Below are positions 36,001 to 49,688 of a stretch of 64,000 bases of DNA, piece after piece. Within the stretch, counting starts at the first letter, position 1. The number at the start of each line of letters is the position of its first letter. The notes under the pieces were generated by a model. That model ran no database searches and was not told where the DNA came from. It saw nothing but the letters and a program-made list of their open reading frames with translations. The stretch comes from Mobula hypostoma (lineage: Eukaryota): the NCBI RefSeq assembly GCF_963921235.1, contig NC_086097.1, positions 73,906,001 to 73,970,000 of the forward strand. Direction: 5' to 3'. The translations under genes and the position numbers were made by a program.

Positions 36001-37909
36001 CATGATAGAGAGTTATAGAATGATTAATTTCCCACCACAGAGTGGCTTCACATCCAATCCCACCAAAACAATATTTCATTACTGAGTTCCAATTATACAG
36101 TGCATTTTCTTTCTGATGAAATTTGTTTCTGTACCAGAGATTCAGCATTTTTACCTGACACTGGTCATTTTTCCTTGAATAAACCTATAAATTAGGTGCA
36201 GGAGAAGACCACCCAGCTGCTCAAGCTTGCTTTCCCATTCAATAAGATGATGGCTGATATGACTGTAATCTAGGTTCCACATTTCCTCCTGCCCCAGGAA
36301 TCCTTCACCCACTTACTCAAAGGGAACCGATTTATGTCTAACTCTATTTCCTGTCAGCCAGCCAATCATTGTTACATGATAATATCGTAACATCTGCATT
36401 ATTCTCATTTTATTTTATTCAATAACCTCCGCTGCAGCATCTTAACAAAGGTCTTCTGGAAACCCAAGTACAGTATATTCACCAGTTCTTTATTTTGCTT
36501 CTCCTAAGAGCTCTAATAAATTGGTCAAGCACGATGCCCCTGCTCAACAACAAAACCAGGCTTGACAAAACTTGTGTCACTGCTGCAAATGTGCCTGAAG
36601 ATACCTGCTTGAGGCAACCTCATGATTCTGACTCTCAGCTGCAGCAAATAAACTAAATCTAACAACAGACTGTTTACTGAGTTCAAGGCAGGAGATCACA
36701 ATTTAGAAGAAATATATTTAGGTTTCTGCTGAAAATCCACAGGATACATCTTTGAAAATCTCAGGTTAGAAATATTCTGACAGCTGTTCCTAAGGATGGA
36801 ATTATCCGATACTGTCCAAGGGCCATCTGGAGAAATTAGGCTCTGATTAATTTGTAGACCAATGACACAGATCAACAGTTTGGTGCCCTACTTTGGAAAC
36901 CATATGGATTAAGGATGCTCTGGAATTTTGAATCTCCCCTTTTGTTAGTTTGGCCAAAACTAATTTTAGTGACTTTCCACCCGGCAGCAATTTTGAAAAA
37001 TTACTAAACAGCACAAAAAGACTATTAGTTGATTTGAGAATATATTTTGCTATTCGATCCCACTCAATGAAGAGAAATTCCATCCTTCTTTGTTAATAAG
37101 AAAGTTGTCTTTCTGCATATCTGACATAATTTGATATATACTGTATTTCAATATGTAAATTCTTTCCATGGTCTTTGAAGATGAGTCAGTGATCTGTTTA
37201 ATTATCATTTACAAAAACTAATGTTCTCCGCAGTTGAGAATTTGCAGAGGATAAGCAATTCAATACAATAAATCTCCATTTTTAGCTGCCTTATGCAAAT
37301 GGATAGGAAAGACTGTCAGCTCTAAGCAGTGCGACGCAGAGCAACAGAATGGTCTTAACTCCTTCATTTGCTGGGCTTTCAGTTGAAGTGATATATTGAA
37401 CTCCATAAAAATCAAGAGCTAGACCTGTATTGTTGCATCCCTCATCAAAATACAGCATCAAACATTCCTTGACTGACCAAATAAAGTATTCCACTCTGCT
37501 AAAACAATTTCCTCTCTGGTATATGGATGCATTTTATTGCCTGTTCTGAGTTGCCCTGAAGCGATTTGACACAACAGAGAGGTTTGCTAGGTTACTTCAT
37601 ACAGTGGTTAAATAGAATCCAGTGGGGTTAAGAGCAGTGGGTTTTCTACCCTAAAAGATGCCTGTGATCCAGTTGGGTTTTTACTGCAGTCTGAAATGGG
37701 CCAGACATAAAACAATACCACATTCTATTTTGCAAACTAACACTTTGGGATTTGAATTTAGGGTTTTCAAACCCGGAGCTTTGATTAGTAATATTATCAC
37801 AATAGTTTGCTCCCTGAAAACTCAGGATTACTGTGCATCATTATCTGTTTCACAAGAGATCATTTGATTCTTCTTTTAAGCGGGATATTGATTTGTTTCA
37901 ACAGTATGT

Positions 37910-38312
37910 AAGAATATAAAAAATAGGAACAGGAGTAGGACACCTGGCCCATCAAGCCTACTCTGACATTCAATAAGATCATGGCTGATCTGGCCATACC
38001 TCATCTCCACCTATCTGCTTTCTCCACATAACCTTTAATTCCCCTACTATGCAAAAATCTATCCAACCTTGTCTTGAATATATTACTGAGGCAGCCTCCA
38101 CTGCTGCATTGGGCAGAAAATTCCACAGATTTACCAGTATCTGAGAAAAGCAGTTCCTCTCCATCTCCATCTTAAATTTACTCCCCCGAATCTTGAGGCT
38201 ATGTCCCCTAGTTCTAGTCTCACCTGCCAGTGGAAACAACTTTCCTAACTCTATCTTATCTATCCCTTTCAAAATTTTATATGTTTTTATAAAATCTCCC
38301 TTCATTCTTCTA
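37910..38312 (-). mobile_element. CR1 3' end fragment
   Basis: KGDFIKTYKILKGIDK..TRTRGHSLKI..CFSQILVNLWN plus 3' UTR. Confidence 0.9.
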
Positions 38313-39039
38313 ACAGTAGAACTTTGAATTTATTACCATGCCTACAACTGTGGGCTAAATGTTATTTGGGTCTTGTTACATATCTTGTCAAAAAGACCAT
38401 GCTTTTGCTATATTGCTCCCAACTGTCTAAGTATTGCCTTCTTATTGTCCTTTGGGACAAACAGGATATAGCTAGTTGTACATAAAGTTTCTAAAATTCA
38501 AAATTAAATTTGGGTTTGACTTCTGGCCCAAGTAAAATCATCTTCCACCCACCAGTCTGGGTGGATTTTTCATGTAATGACTGTCCATTTCTTTAGATAT
38601 AATGTGATTCTCTGATGATCTAGAATTCATTAACATTTCTGTTGTGCCTCAAAAAGGATGCTTTCAGATGTATGCATTATTTTACCAAACTAACATTATC
38701 TGTTTTATGATCTTGCATTAATACAAGTTCACTGACCTAACAAAAAAACCTATCGGTCTTAACGTTCAATACTCCTATCAGCCTAAGATCCTCAGCCTTT
38801 TGTAGTACTTCGATTCGAGATATTTAGGAAGTTTGTGGAAATGTGCATTCTGGTTTCTACTCTTAACAGATTATCTAATAAACCCTTTGAATATTCTACA
38901 TAGCTCTCATCAGATCTTATTTCTACATTTAAAGCCAGAGAGGTTGCTACAGAAAAGTGCCAGGTCTCTAATGCTGCTGAACTTCTGAAATTTACAGGCT
39001 GGTAGATACAGAGCTGTCAGTGCTGCAGTGACTTCGCTT

Positions 39040-39270
39040 CACTCCTTATTTTGTTTGCTGTCTGTGTGGAGTCTGCATGACCTCTTATGACTACAGAGAC
39101 TGTTGCTGAGTAAACGAGTTTCTTCTTCAATGCAAAGACACACTAGTAGGCTATTTGACCAAAATTCCACCCTAATTCAGGTAAGATGCAGAAGAATCCA
39201 AGGAGAGTTGCTGGCTCTGTGTAACAGAATAAGTGGTAGGGAACAAAGCAACAGGAGAAATGGGACCGAT
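39040..39270 (+). mobile_element. Decayed V-SINE (HE1-like) remnant
   Basis: gctgtctgtgtggagtctgcatg..caaagacacactagtaggctatttgacc resembles the V-domain. Confidence 0.5.
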
Positions 39271-39736
39271 ACGATTACTTTATTGGATAATGATAACTGG
39301 AGTCCATCAGGAGGAGATAGAGCACACAATCGCAAGAAAGTCCCTCCAATCCAAGTCAAAGCAGGTGAAAAAACAAGTCAATTTTATTTAGCTAAATTCA
39401 TGCAATGTTTATAAGAAGGCAAATGAATTAATGACACATATAGAAATACAGTAAATTGGGATGATCTAACAGCCATTACAGAGCCATAACTGCTAGGATC
39501 GAAATTAGATATTTCAGAGATACTTAACTTCCAAAAGAGACAGATAAAATGGAAAAAAAGATGGGGTAGTCTTGAAAATAGAGAGTAGGATAAAGGCAGC
39601 AGAGAAGAAAATCTTAATTCAGGAATCAATAAACAGTATCAGGCAGAAGTTAAAAAACAAAACATCAGAAAACATTGATAGGAGTTGCCTACAGACCCTC
39701 AAACAGGCATGAGTGTAAAGGATCACATAAATGAGG

Positions 39737-42246
39737 AAAACATAGAAACATAGAAACATAGAAAATAGGTGCAGGAGTAGGCCATTCGGCCCTTCGAGCC
39801 TGCACCGCCATTTATTATGATCATGGCTGATCATCCAACTCAGAACCCAGCCTTCCCTCCATACCCCCTGACCCCTGTAGCCACAAGGGCCATATCTAAC
39901 TTCCTTTTAAACATAGCTAATGAACTGGCCTCAACAGTTTGCTGTGGCAGAGAATTCCACAGATTCACCACTCTCTGTGTGAAGAAGTTTTTCCTAACCT
40001 CGGTCCTAAAAGGCTTCCCCTCTATCCTCAAACTGTGACCCCTCGTTCTAGACCTCCCCAACATCGGGAACAATCTTCCCGCATCTAGCCTGTCCAATCC
40101 CTTTAGGATCTTATACGTTTCAATCAGATCCCCCCTCAATCTTCTAAATTCCAACGAGTACAAGCCCAGTTCATCCAGTCTTTCTTCATATGAAAGACCT
40201 GCCATCCCAGGAATCAATCTGGTGAACCTTCTTTGTACTCCCTCTATGGCAAGGATGTCTTTCCTCAGATTAGGGGACCAAAACTGCACACAATACTCCA
40301 GGTGTGGTCTCACCAAGGCCTTGTACAACTGCAGTAGTACCTCCCTGCTCCTGTACTCGAATCCTCTCGCTATAAATGCCAGCATACCGTTCGCCTTTTT
40401 CACCGCCTGCTGTACCTGCATGCCCACTTTCAATGACTGGTGTATAATGACACCCAGGTCTCGTTGCACCTCCCCTTTTCCTAATCGGCCACCATTCAGA
40501 TAATAATCTGTTTTCCTATTTTTGCCACCAAAGTGGATAACTTCACATTTATCCACATTAAATTGCATCTGCCATGAGTTTGCCCACTCACCCAACCTAT
40601 CCAAGTCACCCTGCATCCTCTTAGCATCCTCCTCACTGCTAACACTGCCACCCAGCTTCGTGTCATCCGCAAACTTGGAGATGCTGCATTTAATTCCCTC
40701 ATCCAAGTCATTAATATATATTGTAAACAACTGGGGTCCCAGCACTGAGCCTTGCGGTACCCCACTAGTCACCGCCTGCCATTCTGAAAAGGTCCCGTTT
40801 ATTCCCACTCTTTGCTTCCTGTCTGCTAACCAATTCTCCACCCACACCAATACCTTACCCCCAATACCGTGTGCTTTAAGTTTGCACACTAATCTCCTGT
40901 GTGGGACCTTGTCAAAAGCCTTTTGAAAATCCAAATATACCACATCCACTGGTTCTCCCCTATCCACTCTACTAGTTACATCCTCAAAAAATTCTATGAG
41001 ATTCGTCAGACATGATTTTCCTTTCACAAATCCATGCTGACTTTGTCCGATCATTTCACCGCTTTCCAAATGTGCTGTTATCACATCCTTGATAACTGAC
41101 TCCAGCAGTTTCCCCACCACCGACGTTAGGCTAACCGGCCTATAATTCCCCGGTTTCTCTCTCCCTCCTTTTTTAAAAAGTGGGGTTACATTAGCCACCC
41201 TCCAATCCTCAGGAACTAGTCCAGAATCTAACGAGTTTTGAAAAATTATCACTAATGCATCCACTATTTCTTGGGCCACTTCCTTAAGCACTCTGGGATG
41301 CAGACCATCTGGCCCTGGGATTTATCTGCCTTCAATCCCTTCGATTTACCTAACACCACTTCCCTACTAACATGTATTTCGCTCAGTTCCTCCATCTCAC
41401 TGGACCCTCTGTCCCTTACTATTTCTGGAAGATTATTTATGTCCTCCTTATGAAGACAGAACCAAAGTAATTATTCAATTGGTCTGCCATGTCCTTGCTC
41501 CCCATAATCAATTCACCTGTTTCTGTTTGCAGGGGACCTACATTTGTCTTTATCAGTCTTTTCCTTTTTACATATCTATAAAAGCTTTTACAGTCCGTTT
41601 TTATGTTCTCTGCCAGTTTTCTCTCATAATCTTTTTTCCCCTTCCTAATTAAGCCCTTTGTCCTCCTCTGCTGAACTCTGAATTTCTCCCAGTCCTCAGG
41701 TGAGCCACTTTCTCTGGCTAATTTGTATGCTACTTCTTTGGAATTGATACTATCCCTAATTTCTCTTGTCAGCCACGGGTGCACTACCTTCCTTGATTTA
41801 TTCTTTTGCCAAACTGGGATGAACAATTGTTGTAGTTCATCCATGCAACCTTTAAATGCCTGCCATTGCATATCCACCGTCAATCCTTGAAGTGTCATTT
41901 GCCAGTCTATCTTAGCTAATTCACGTCTCATACCTTCAAAGTTACCCCTCTTTAAGTTCAGAACCTTTGTTTCTGAATTAACTACGTCACTCTCCATGTT
42001 AATGAAGAATTCCACCATATTATGGTCACTCTTACCCAAGGGGCCTCTCACGACAAGATCGCTAATTAACCCTTCCTCATTGCTCAAAACCCAGTCCAGA
42101 ATAGCCTGCTCTCTAGTCGGTTCCTCGACATGTTGGTTCAAAAAACCATCCCGCATACATTCCAAGAAATCCTCTTCCTCAGCACCTTTACCAATTTGGT
42201 TCACCCAGTCTACATGTAGATTGAAGTCACCCATTATAACTGCTGT
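39737..42246 (-). mobile_element. Young 5'-truncated CR1 LINE; ORF2 intact apart from one frameshift
   Basis: Uninterrupted RT ORF 39840-41291 (NYRPVSLTS, YLDFQKAFDKV, GVPQGSVLGP, FADD). The upstream APE part (IMGDFN, SDHN) is shifted by an apparent 1-nt deletion near 41450. (catagaaa)n tail at 39741-39764. Confidence 0.97.
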
Positions 42247-43585
42247 AGAGGCACAAATGACAATGGCACCAACACTAATCATGGGGGACTTTAATCTACA
42301 TTTAGACTGAGCAAATCAAATTAGCTACAATGGTGTGAAGGATGAATTCAAGGAGTGCGTAAAAAAAATTTTTTCCAGATCATTGTGTTGAAGAACCATT
42401 GATAAGTAATGAGAAAGGATTAATTAATCAGCTGTGTTTAAGGGACTGTAGAGAAGAGTTGTCATACATAATTGAATGTTATATAGAGATTGAACGTAAA
42501 TAAGTTCAGTCTGAAGCCACAGTCTAAATCTAAATAAGGCAACTATAATTGCATGAGGCACAAGCTGGCTATGGCATATTGAGGCAAAAGAGACTGCAGG
42601 CGCTGTAATATGGAGCGAAGAAACAAACTGCCTGAGGAACCCAGCAGTCAGGCAACAGCTGTGGAAGCAAATGAATGATCATCAATTTGGACCAAGACCT
42701 CATATCAGGACTAATGCAGGAACTGAGTCCGGATTGTTCAGCATCTCTCTGGCTTCACAGATGCCTCTGCTGAGTTTCCCCAGCAGTTTGTTTTATTGTA
42801 TATTGAGGAATGATGTTAAAAAGAATGATAGTAAACAAGCAATTGCTAACATTGTAAAAAAAAACATATAGCTTACCACACAGACATTGGCTATCCTAAT
42901 TAAGTTACAGCATCACAAAAGCAAAAATGGTTCTTGAACAAGGCAACCAAGCAAAGTTACAGATAGCATTATATTAGAGGAAGCAACTTCTAATGATGGT
43001 AAATGAAGAAAAAATCCTAGAATTGGGAAAACTTCAGAATTCAACAAAGAACCAAATCCTTGAAGAGTAAAATTAAAGCACAAATCAAAGTAAATTTGAG
43101 AGAGAAGCAAAAGAGATTTTAACTGCTTCTTGATAAATTTATAAACATAAGTAAAAGTTATTTTGGGTCTCTTCCGGACTGAGACAGGATAAATTACTTT
43201 GAGGAACAGCAAAGTAAGAGAGAAATTAAACAAATATTTTACATCTCCCAAAAAAATCTCTCAAAAATAACGGAGGAAAACAGACCTAGAATGAATGAAA
43301 AGCTTCAAGAAATTAGCTCAAGGAAGTTAAAAATAATATTAGGGAAATTATTAGTACTGAAATTTGATAAATCCCCTGGAACTGATGGGCTCTTTCTCAA
43401 GGTTTTGGAAGCAAAAGCTTTGACAGTGAGGAATCACCGGCTATCATCTTCTAAAATTCCAAATATTTTCCATCAGTTGCAACAAATTTTATAGTAGCAT
43501 ACCTGACCTCTCTACTTCAAAAAGATAGGAAAGAGAAAAATAGGGAAATACCCATTTATTAGCTTGACATCTATTAAAGAGTTAA

Positions 43586-44334
43586 TGTAGAAACCTTGTA
43601 TTTCCTGTCAGTTTGATTGTATTTTGTATTGCATGTTTATTATGGCCAGTTAGTCTTATGGGTTTGGGCGTGCCAGAATTGAAAAGTTTAATTACATATT
43701 CATGCTTTGCCTTAGTTCAGTTTAGGTTGGGTACAGTTAGGCAGTGTTGGCGTGTGGCCAAGTGGTTAAGGCGTCGGTCTACTGATCTGAAGGTCGCTAG
43801 TTCAAGCCTCAGCTGAGGCAGCATGTAGTATCCTTGAGCAAGGTACTTAACCACACATTGCTCTGCGAGAACACTGGTGCCAAGCTGTATGGGTCCTAGT
43901 GCCCTTCCCTTGGAGAATATCGGTGGCGTGGAGAGGGAGACTTGCAGCATGGGCAACTGCCGGTCTTCCATACGACCTTGCCCAGGCCTGCGCCCTGGAA
44001 ACCTTCCAAGGCCCAAATCCATGGTCTCACGAGACTAACGGATGCCTATAAAGAAGGTAGTGTGCCATGGGTGATATCTTTTTGTTGACTGCTTAAATAC
44101 ACTTGAATTTGAACTCCTGAGTACGTTTAAATACACTAAGATTGTTTATTTTGTTATATCGATAGCTTTAGTTTCATTAGTTTTTACTGTTTCAAGATTG
44201 TTCATTTTGGTGGTCTTTTACTAAAAGATCAAACGAGTTCTTCGACTTTACAAATTTGTTACTGTGGATAGCATGTCATACAGTGTCAACACCTCATGCT
44301 TAGTCTCTGAGTGCTTTTTCAAGTAGTCGCTACA
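43586..44334. mobile_element. Probable solo LTR (~430 bp after removing the SINE)
   Basis: Termini tgtag...ctaca. Flanks gttaa (43581-85) and gataa (44335-39). It interrupts the old CR1, which resumes in register. Confidence 0.6.
43745..44054 (+). mobile_element. tRNA-derived SINE
   Basis: Pol III A box tggccaagtgg (43755-65), B-box-like agttcaagcc (43799-808), tccttgagcaaggtacttaacc central motif and an A-rich end. Confidence 0.85.
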
Positions 44335-47129
44335 GATAATGTTAGAATGTATTACCAAGAAATCAAAGAAGAATATTTAGAAAATAATAAAAGAATTAGG
44401 TTGAATTTATGCAAATGGAAATGATTTTTGATAATTACTTTTGACCTTTTTAGAATGTGAACAGCTGAGCAGGTAAGTGGGAATAAGGCATATGTTGAAT
44501 TTCATTAGGCCTGAGAGGTGGTGCACACAAACTTGTAGCATATGAAATAAAGGTTAATATACTATCCTCAACTGATGGGCAGAAAATAAAGAGCAGGAAT
44601 AAATGGGTTAATTATACATGGCTGTGAATTGTGGATTACTGCCGGGTGAGATGTTAGCATCTCTTTGAATCATGGTAGTGTAGAGTCACGATTGATGTAT
44701 CTCAAGAGTGGAGTTGAGAACAAACAGTTACAGTTCCATGCAAAAGGCTCGGCCATTCCAGTGTTACAGCAGGAAAATGCTAGAATTTTAATGAGCCGGG
44801 GGGTAAGGGTAAAGGATTGAATAACCTACTCTTGCTTCTAATTGTATATTCTTATGACCAAAATAGAGACGGTTGCATATTTCCCACAGAGAGAAAATGA
44901 CACTGAACACTGCTTCAATCTATTTACCTATACTGATATTTGGAATTGTTCCACAAAACTCTTATTACTTCAATCCTTCCAAAACACTTTTGACTAAGCA
45001 TCTGGACTTTAAACCTCTGGAGTCTCTGCCACCATATTGAAAAGCAGGCTCCTTGCTCATTATCTCCTTTAATCTCCCTGGATGATAGTTTTTAATTTTT
45101 AAATCACAGTACATGAAACCCTTTCTTTCATGTTCTCTTGTGCAAATAGGCCTAGTCTCAGAATGGTGATATTTGCATGGTAAATGTAATAATCAGGAAA
45201 CAGGTTAAAGCTTATTAGCAGCAGGGAGCATATGCCGACAAAGTATGTGAGATCCCTTCATATTTCCTGCGCAGCAGGGGTTTCTAATCACATCGTGAAG
45301 TCACTCTTAGGGATGTTGTTTAAGCAACAGCAAGCCTACTTCCTCTGCTTTGATGCTCCACCACAGAAGTAAGTAAACCACTTACTTTCATAAACTTCAG
45401 AATGATTTACATGTGCTAAAGGAATATTTGAATTCTTTCTGTAAAGGAACAGAATGACAATCACCCTTAAGTGATACTTCAGTTTGTCAAGGAAATCCAA
45501 CATTTAAGCAGTCAGTATTTTACAATGTAAATCACAAATCTAATAAATGCACTAGTCCTGAATTCATTCAATTTTTTTTTTCTTTGGCACTTTTCTACTT
45601 CAAATACTCGTTCCAAAATTGAAGGGATTTTTTTTCACAGTGAAGTATAGCTCCTTACGAGAGAACGAAATACACATTGTCTACTGATACATGCATAATG
45701 CTGATCACTAATACAATTAAATATATCTTTAATCCCATAAACTGTATTCAACATTTTCATATTTTCACACAAAATAAAGGACATCTAATGATTCATCATG
45801 TAAGGATAGTGCTAAATATATCTTAATTACAGTCCTCAAGAATATGAACAGGACTTTGTATATATCAACATTAATCTATTACCTGCTAAGGACAAATATT
45901 TATGTAAACCGTATATTTTACTTTAACAATTCAGTTTTGAAGAACTAGCTAGAAGTGAAAGGAACAAAAGTATTCTTTATTTCCAAATTCTTTGTAGAAA
46001 TTAACGGTTAAATTCTATAGACTTAGTTTTATTTAACCCTTTGAAAAATTACGTAAAGTGTGGATCAACAGCAAATGAGATAATGTCTAATGCCAAGTCT
46101 GAGAATATTTTGAAACATCTTTCATTTTTGAAGATTCAGTCAATCTTAGCATTAAAACATGGAGCAAGGGGTTTTGCATTTAAAAAAAAATTAAAAGGAT
46201 CGGTTTTCAAATAATTCAGATCAATATGTCTCCCTGTGTTGGATCAATGATCCAATAAAGTACATTCTATCACGTGGAATGCAGACAAATTAATCCTATC
46301 AATTCTAGTGTTGAAGTAAGAAGCACTGTATTAGTGAAACGATGCAAACTGATCATTCATAAGAAGAATATTCAAATGATAAATATTCTCACTATGCTAA
46401 TACAACTGTATTAACCACATGGAACGCTTTCTTGTCTACCAGTTGTTTTAGAAATATAGAACACTGTAAATCTAAGCATTATATGCAGCAATTCTGTAAC
46501 AAACTGAGAAGACAATCAGTTTTAAAAATAAATATATTTCTTTCAACAAAAACACAAATTACACACATGCACCCATTGTCAGAAAAACAACTTCTGCACC
46601 CTCAATTCCTTGTGTAGTAAACACTATTACCTTTCATCACATACATTTCCCACCTACCTAATTACTGATTTGATTAAAAACTGTAAATTCTTTAACATCT
46701 TCCAGTCATAATGTAGGCTCCATCATTAACTCTTGTTTCTCTCTCCACAGTCCCTACATGGCCAATTTGCAGCTATTTGTTCTGAAATGAACTGATGCAT
46801 GATTTGTACCAATACAGTTATCCTGTAATGAGGTATTTTATTTTTATGGAGATGCTTTGTAATTATGAGAATACCTTAAAATGTATTAATACTTTTTGAA
46901 AATATTAGGTTTAATACAACACATATTTATTATGCAAGTTACAATATCAATGGCAAACAAATTTCAGTGGAATTAACGGCTGTAATATACATAGTAAGCA
47001 AATTACTTATTAAACTTATTACACATGAATAAAGTAAAAAAAACAGCCACCAGGGCTTATTTCTGAAGATCAGAGCTTAAAAGTTGGTAATACAGAGATA
47101 GAAAAGATTTTACAGATGTAGAAAATCTT

Positions 47130-47290
47130 GAGCTACACACACAAAATGCTTGAATTCAGCAGGCCAAGCAGCATCTATGGAGGGAAATAAAAGGTCAACA
47201 TTTTGAGCCACAGCCCGCCATCAGGATTAGAAAGGAAGGAGGCAGTAGCAGGAATAAATTGCTGGGGAAGGGCAAAGAGAACAAGCTCGT
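47130..47290 (-). mobile_element. Decayed Penelope pseudo-LTR fragment
   Basis: acacacaaaatgct..cagcaggccaagcagcatctatgg is shared with the other pseudo-LTR copies. Confidence 0.75.
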
Positions 47291-49688
47291 ATTGCATCTT
47301 GGCTAGACTGTTTTACATTCTGGCTATTATTTTATAAAATGATTCAGATACATCAAGGTTCAGATTCACCTGAATCTGCTCTAAGCATAATTTTGCTGAG
47401 GGACACAGATGTTGTCAAACTTGTCAGTGAGCACTATCACCACACGACAGCAGCATCCATTCATACTGTAACTGTCAGGATTACACTGAGCAATTTGCCT
47501 CTCCAATCCCCTGCCAGTCACATCTGACATAGGATCAGAGTGTCCTTCCGGTAGAGTTCCCATGCCTGTAGATTAGGAAGGAAAAGGTAACTTCTTCCCA
47601 TTTTTACTTAGCTATTTCTTCAACGTGTACCTGATGACTCCAGCATTACTTTGTTCATGTCTATTGCCCTCATTCATCTTTTTTTATATATGTCTTTTCA
47701 AAGACGGTCATCAGTGAATAACAAACCTTCACCAACCTTTTTCAGTTGACATCTTCACCACTTCTGACACTGTTCCCCTGATTTCCACCTAATCGCTGAC
47801 ATTCCCACATATTCTCTCCACCCTTCTCCCTTCTCTGTAACTGAAAATATGTCTGATTTTGGACTTCTCCTGTCTAGAATTTCCTGCTTATAAATTCAGC
47901 TGATAAAAACATTTGGCTTTCACCTCCTCAATCTAGATTGGAAATCTGCTGAATGTAAAGACCATTTATAAATGTTTTTTTTATTGATACAGTTATCATT
48001 TTAGCCAAGATTTCAATCGCATGCTGAAAAATCAGTAGTAATTACTTTGGGCAATCTTCATAAGATGGCAAACCCCAGCCTGCCACATCACATTGCAGTG
48101 ATGATGGGTCCTGGAGAGGAAGTTATCCTGATTTTCATAGTCAGGTACCTAAATCAAATATTTAGCTGACGCATTGTGCCTCAAATTTTAGCTGCGTTTT
48201 TATTCGTTCCTATAGATCCAAATTTTCTGGAAAGGTTCGATGGCAGTGAGAAGAGCCAGATTCACAAGGAAGTGGCTTTACATCACTGCTTCTGTGTAGT
48301 GGAGAGTGTGGCCCTATTCTCTGGTTTCTTTAGTTTATCTACAATCCTGTGATTGGCTGTCCATGTCTCCCACCATTGGACCATGTGATCCAACTACACC
48401 CACCTGATTGTTGCCAGCTGATCCTCAGTCTTCTCATTCAATCTTTTCAAATCTTCTGTCTCTGCAAATCCCACCCTCCCAAGCCTCACCAAGAATTTCT
48501 TGGAGAGATCCAATAACCTATCTCCCCAAAGTCTTTCTGTTCTCCACCATTCCTAACAACTCTCCAAGTCTTTCCAATCTCTCTCTCATCTTCTTAATCC
48601 CCTGCCTTACGCATAATACTATGAAATACATTGGGATCCCAGGGTTGTCTACAATCAATCCTTACACTGCCTCCCCTGATCTGTACTTGAAAAAGTGATA
48701 GTGCTTGTGTCCATTCTGCAAGTTGTACAACAAACAGGTACATCAAATCAAGAATAAATGACCGTCCAGCATTGAACAAAAGCTTAAGAAAACAGAGCAA
48801 GAACAGACCAATCAGCCCCTCATACCTGACTGCCACTGAATTTGATCATGGTTGATCTGCTCCAGGCCTCTACTGTGCCAGTTCCCTACAGTATTCAAAA
48901 CTGATAAAAATAAAGTGAGAATCACAGCGGATTTTCTTTAACATTATTATTGTATGCACTCGTGATTTCTAACTCTTATTCACCTTATTCAAGACTCATT
49001 AAATATTTCGAATGCACAACAAGGTATGTAAAAGGTTGCTATTTGACCTTCCACTAAATATTTTCATTATGAGTACTTCAAAAAAAAACAAAACTTTGTT
49101 TTAATCTCAACCCCAGGGAAATTAAATTTACAGCCTAGCAGATAAAAGCCAAGTTGCCTTTGTTTGCACTTCACATGGATTACAAAAAGCCAAGTGAAAA
49201 TGAAAATGAAAATGACCAGAAAAGCTACAGCAGAAAGGACACAAATATTTAAAATACAGACAAAAAATTAAATTATTGTGCTCATGCTCACCACACACAG
49301 CAGTGGCTAATTGGCAGTTTTTAGTAAATGAATTCATATAATTGTTCAAAGAGCTGCATATCCAGCCAGAAACATATTTCATAAAACCTCTCTATAAGTA
49401 CACTCTGGGCTGAGGACAAATTTAATGTTAGTTAGGTTTATGCCCTTGGTGCATTTTTCTTCTTGGTAGTTCTCAGTTTCTGTGCTCTTTTTTTTGTAGT
49501 TTTCTTTGAAATTTTATAGGCTGGTTGCAACTGGAGGATACATTCACCTACAGTGAGCATCGGAAGCAGGATTAAATTAGATCAGATGTCCCATGGAACA
49601 GCTTCAGTGGTACCCAGTCAAGATGGCGCCTGTGTACAACGCTCCTTCGATCGCCATCTTCTGGATAAACCATGTAACCATTAAATTG

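Larger units (their letters stand above)
39370..44860 (+). mobile_element. Old plus-strand CR1 ORF2 remnant hosting a young CR1, a Penelope pseudo-LTR remnant and a solo LTR
   Basis: APE remnants (AITEP, VAYRP) before 39737, IMGDFNLHLD after 42270, LKFDKSPGTDGL at about 43360, and a CR1-like tail near 44840. Confidence 0.7.

Noticed and set aside
43745..43820. tRNA-like sequence
   Set aside because: It continues into a SINE body and lacks a proper acceptor stem, so it is a SINE head and not a tRNA gene.
47381..47565. Acceptor-like site followed by a 60-aa ORF
   Set aside because: No homology recognised and no convincing donor.
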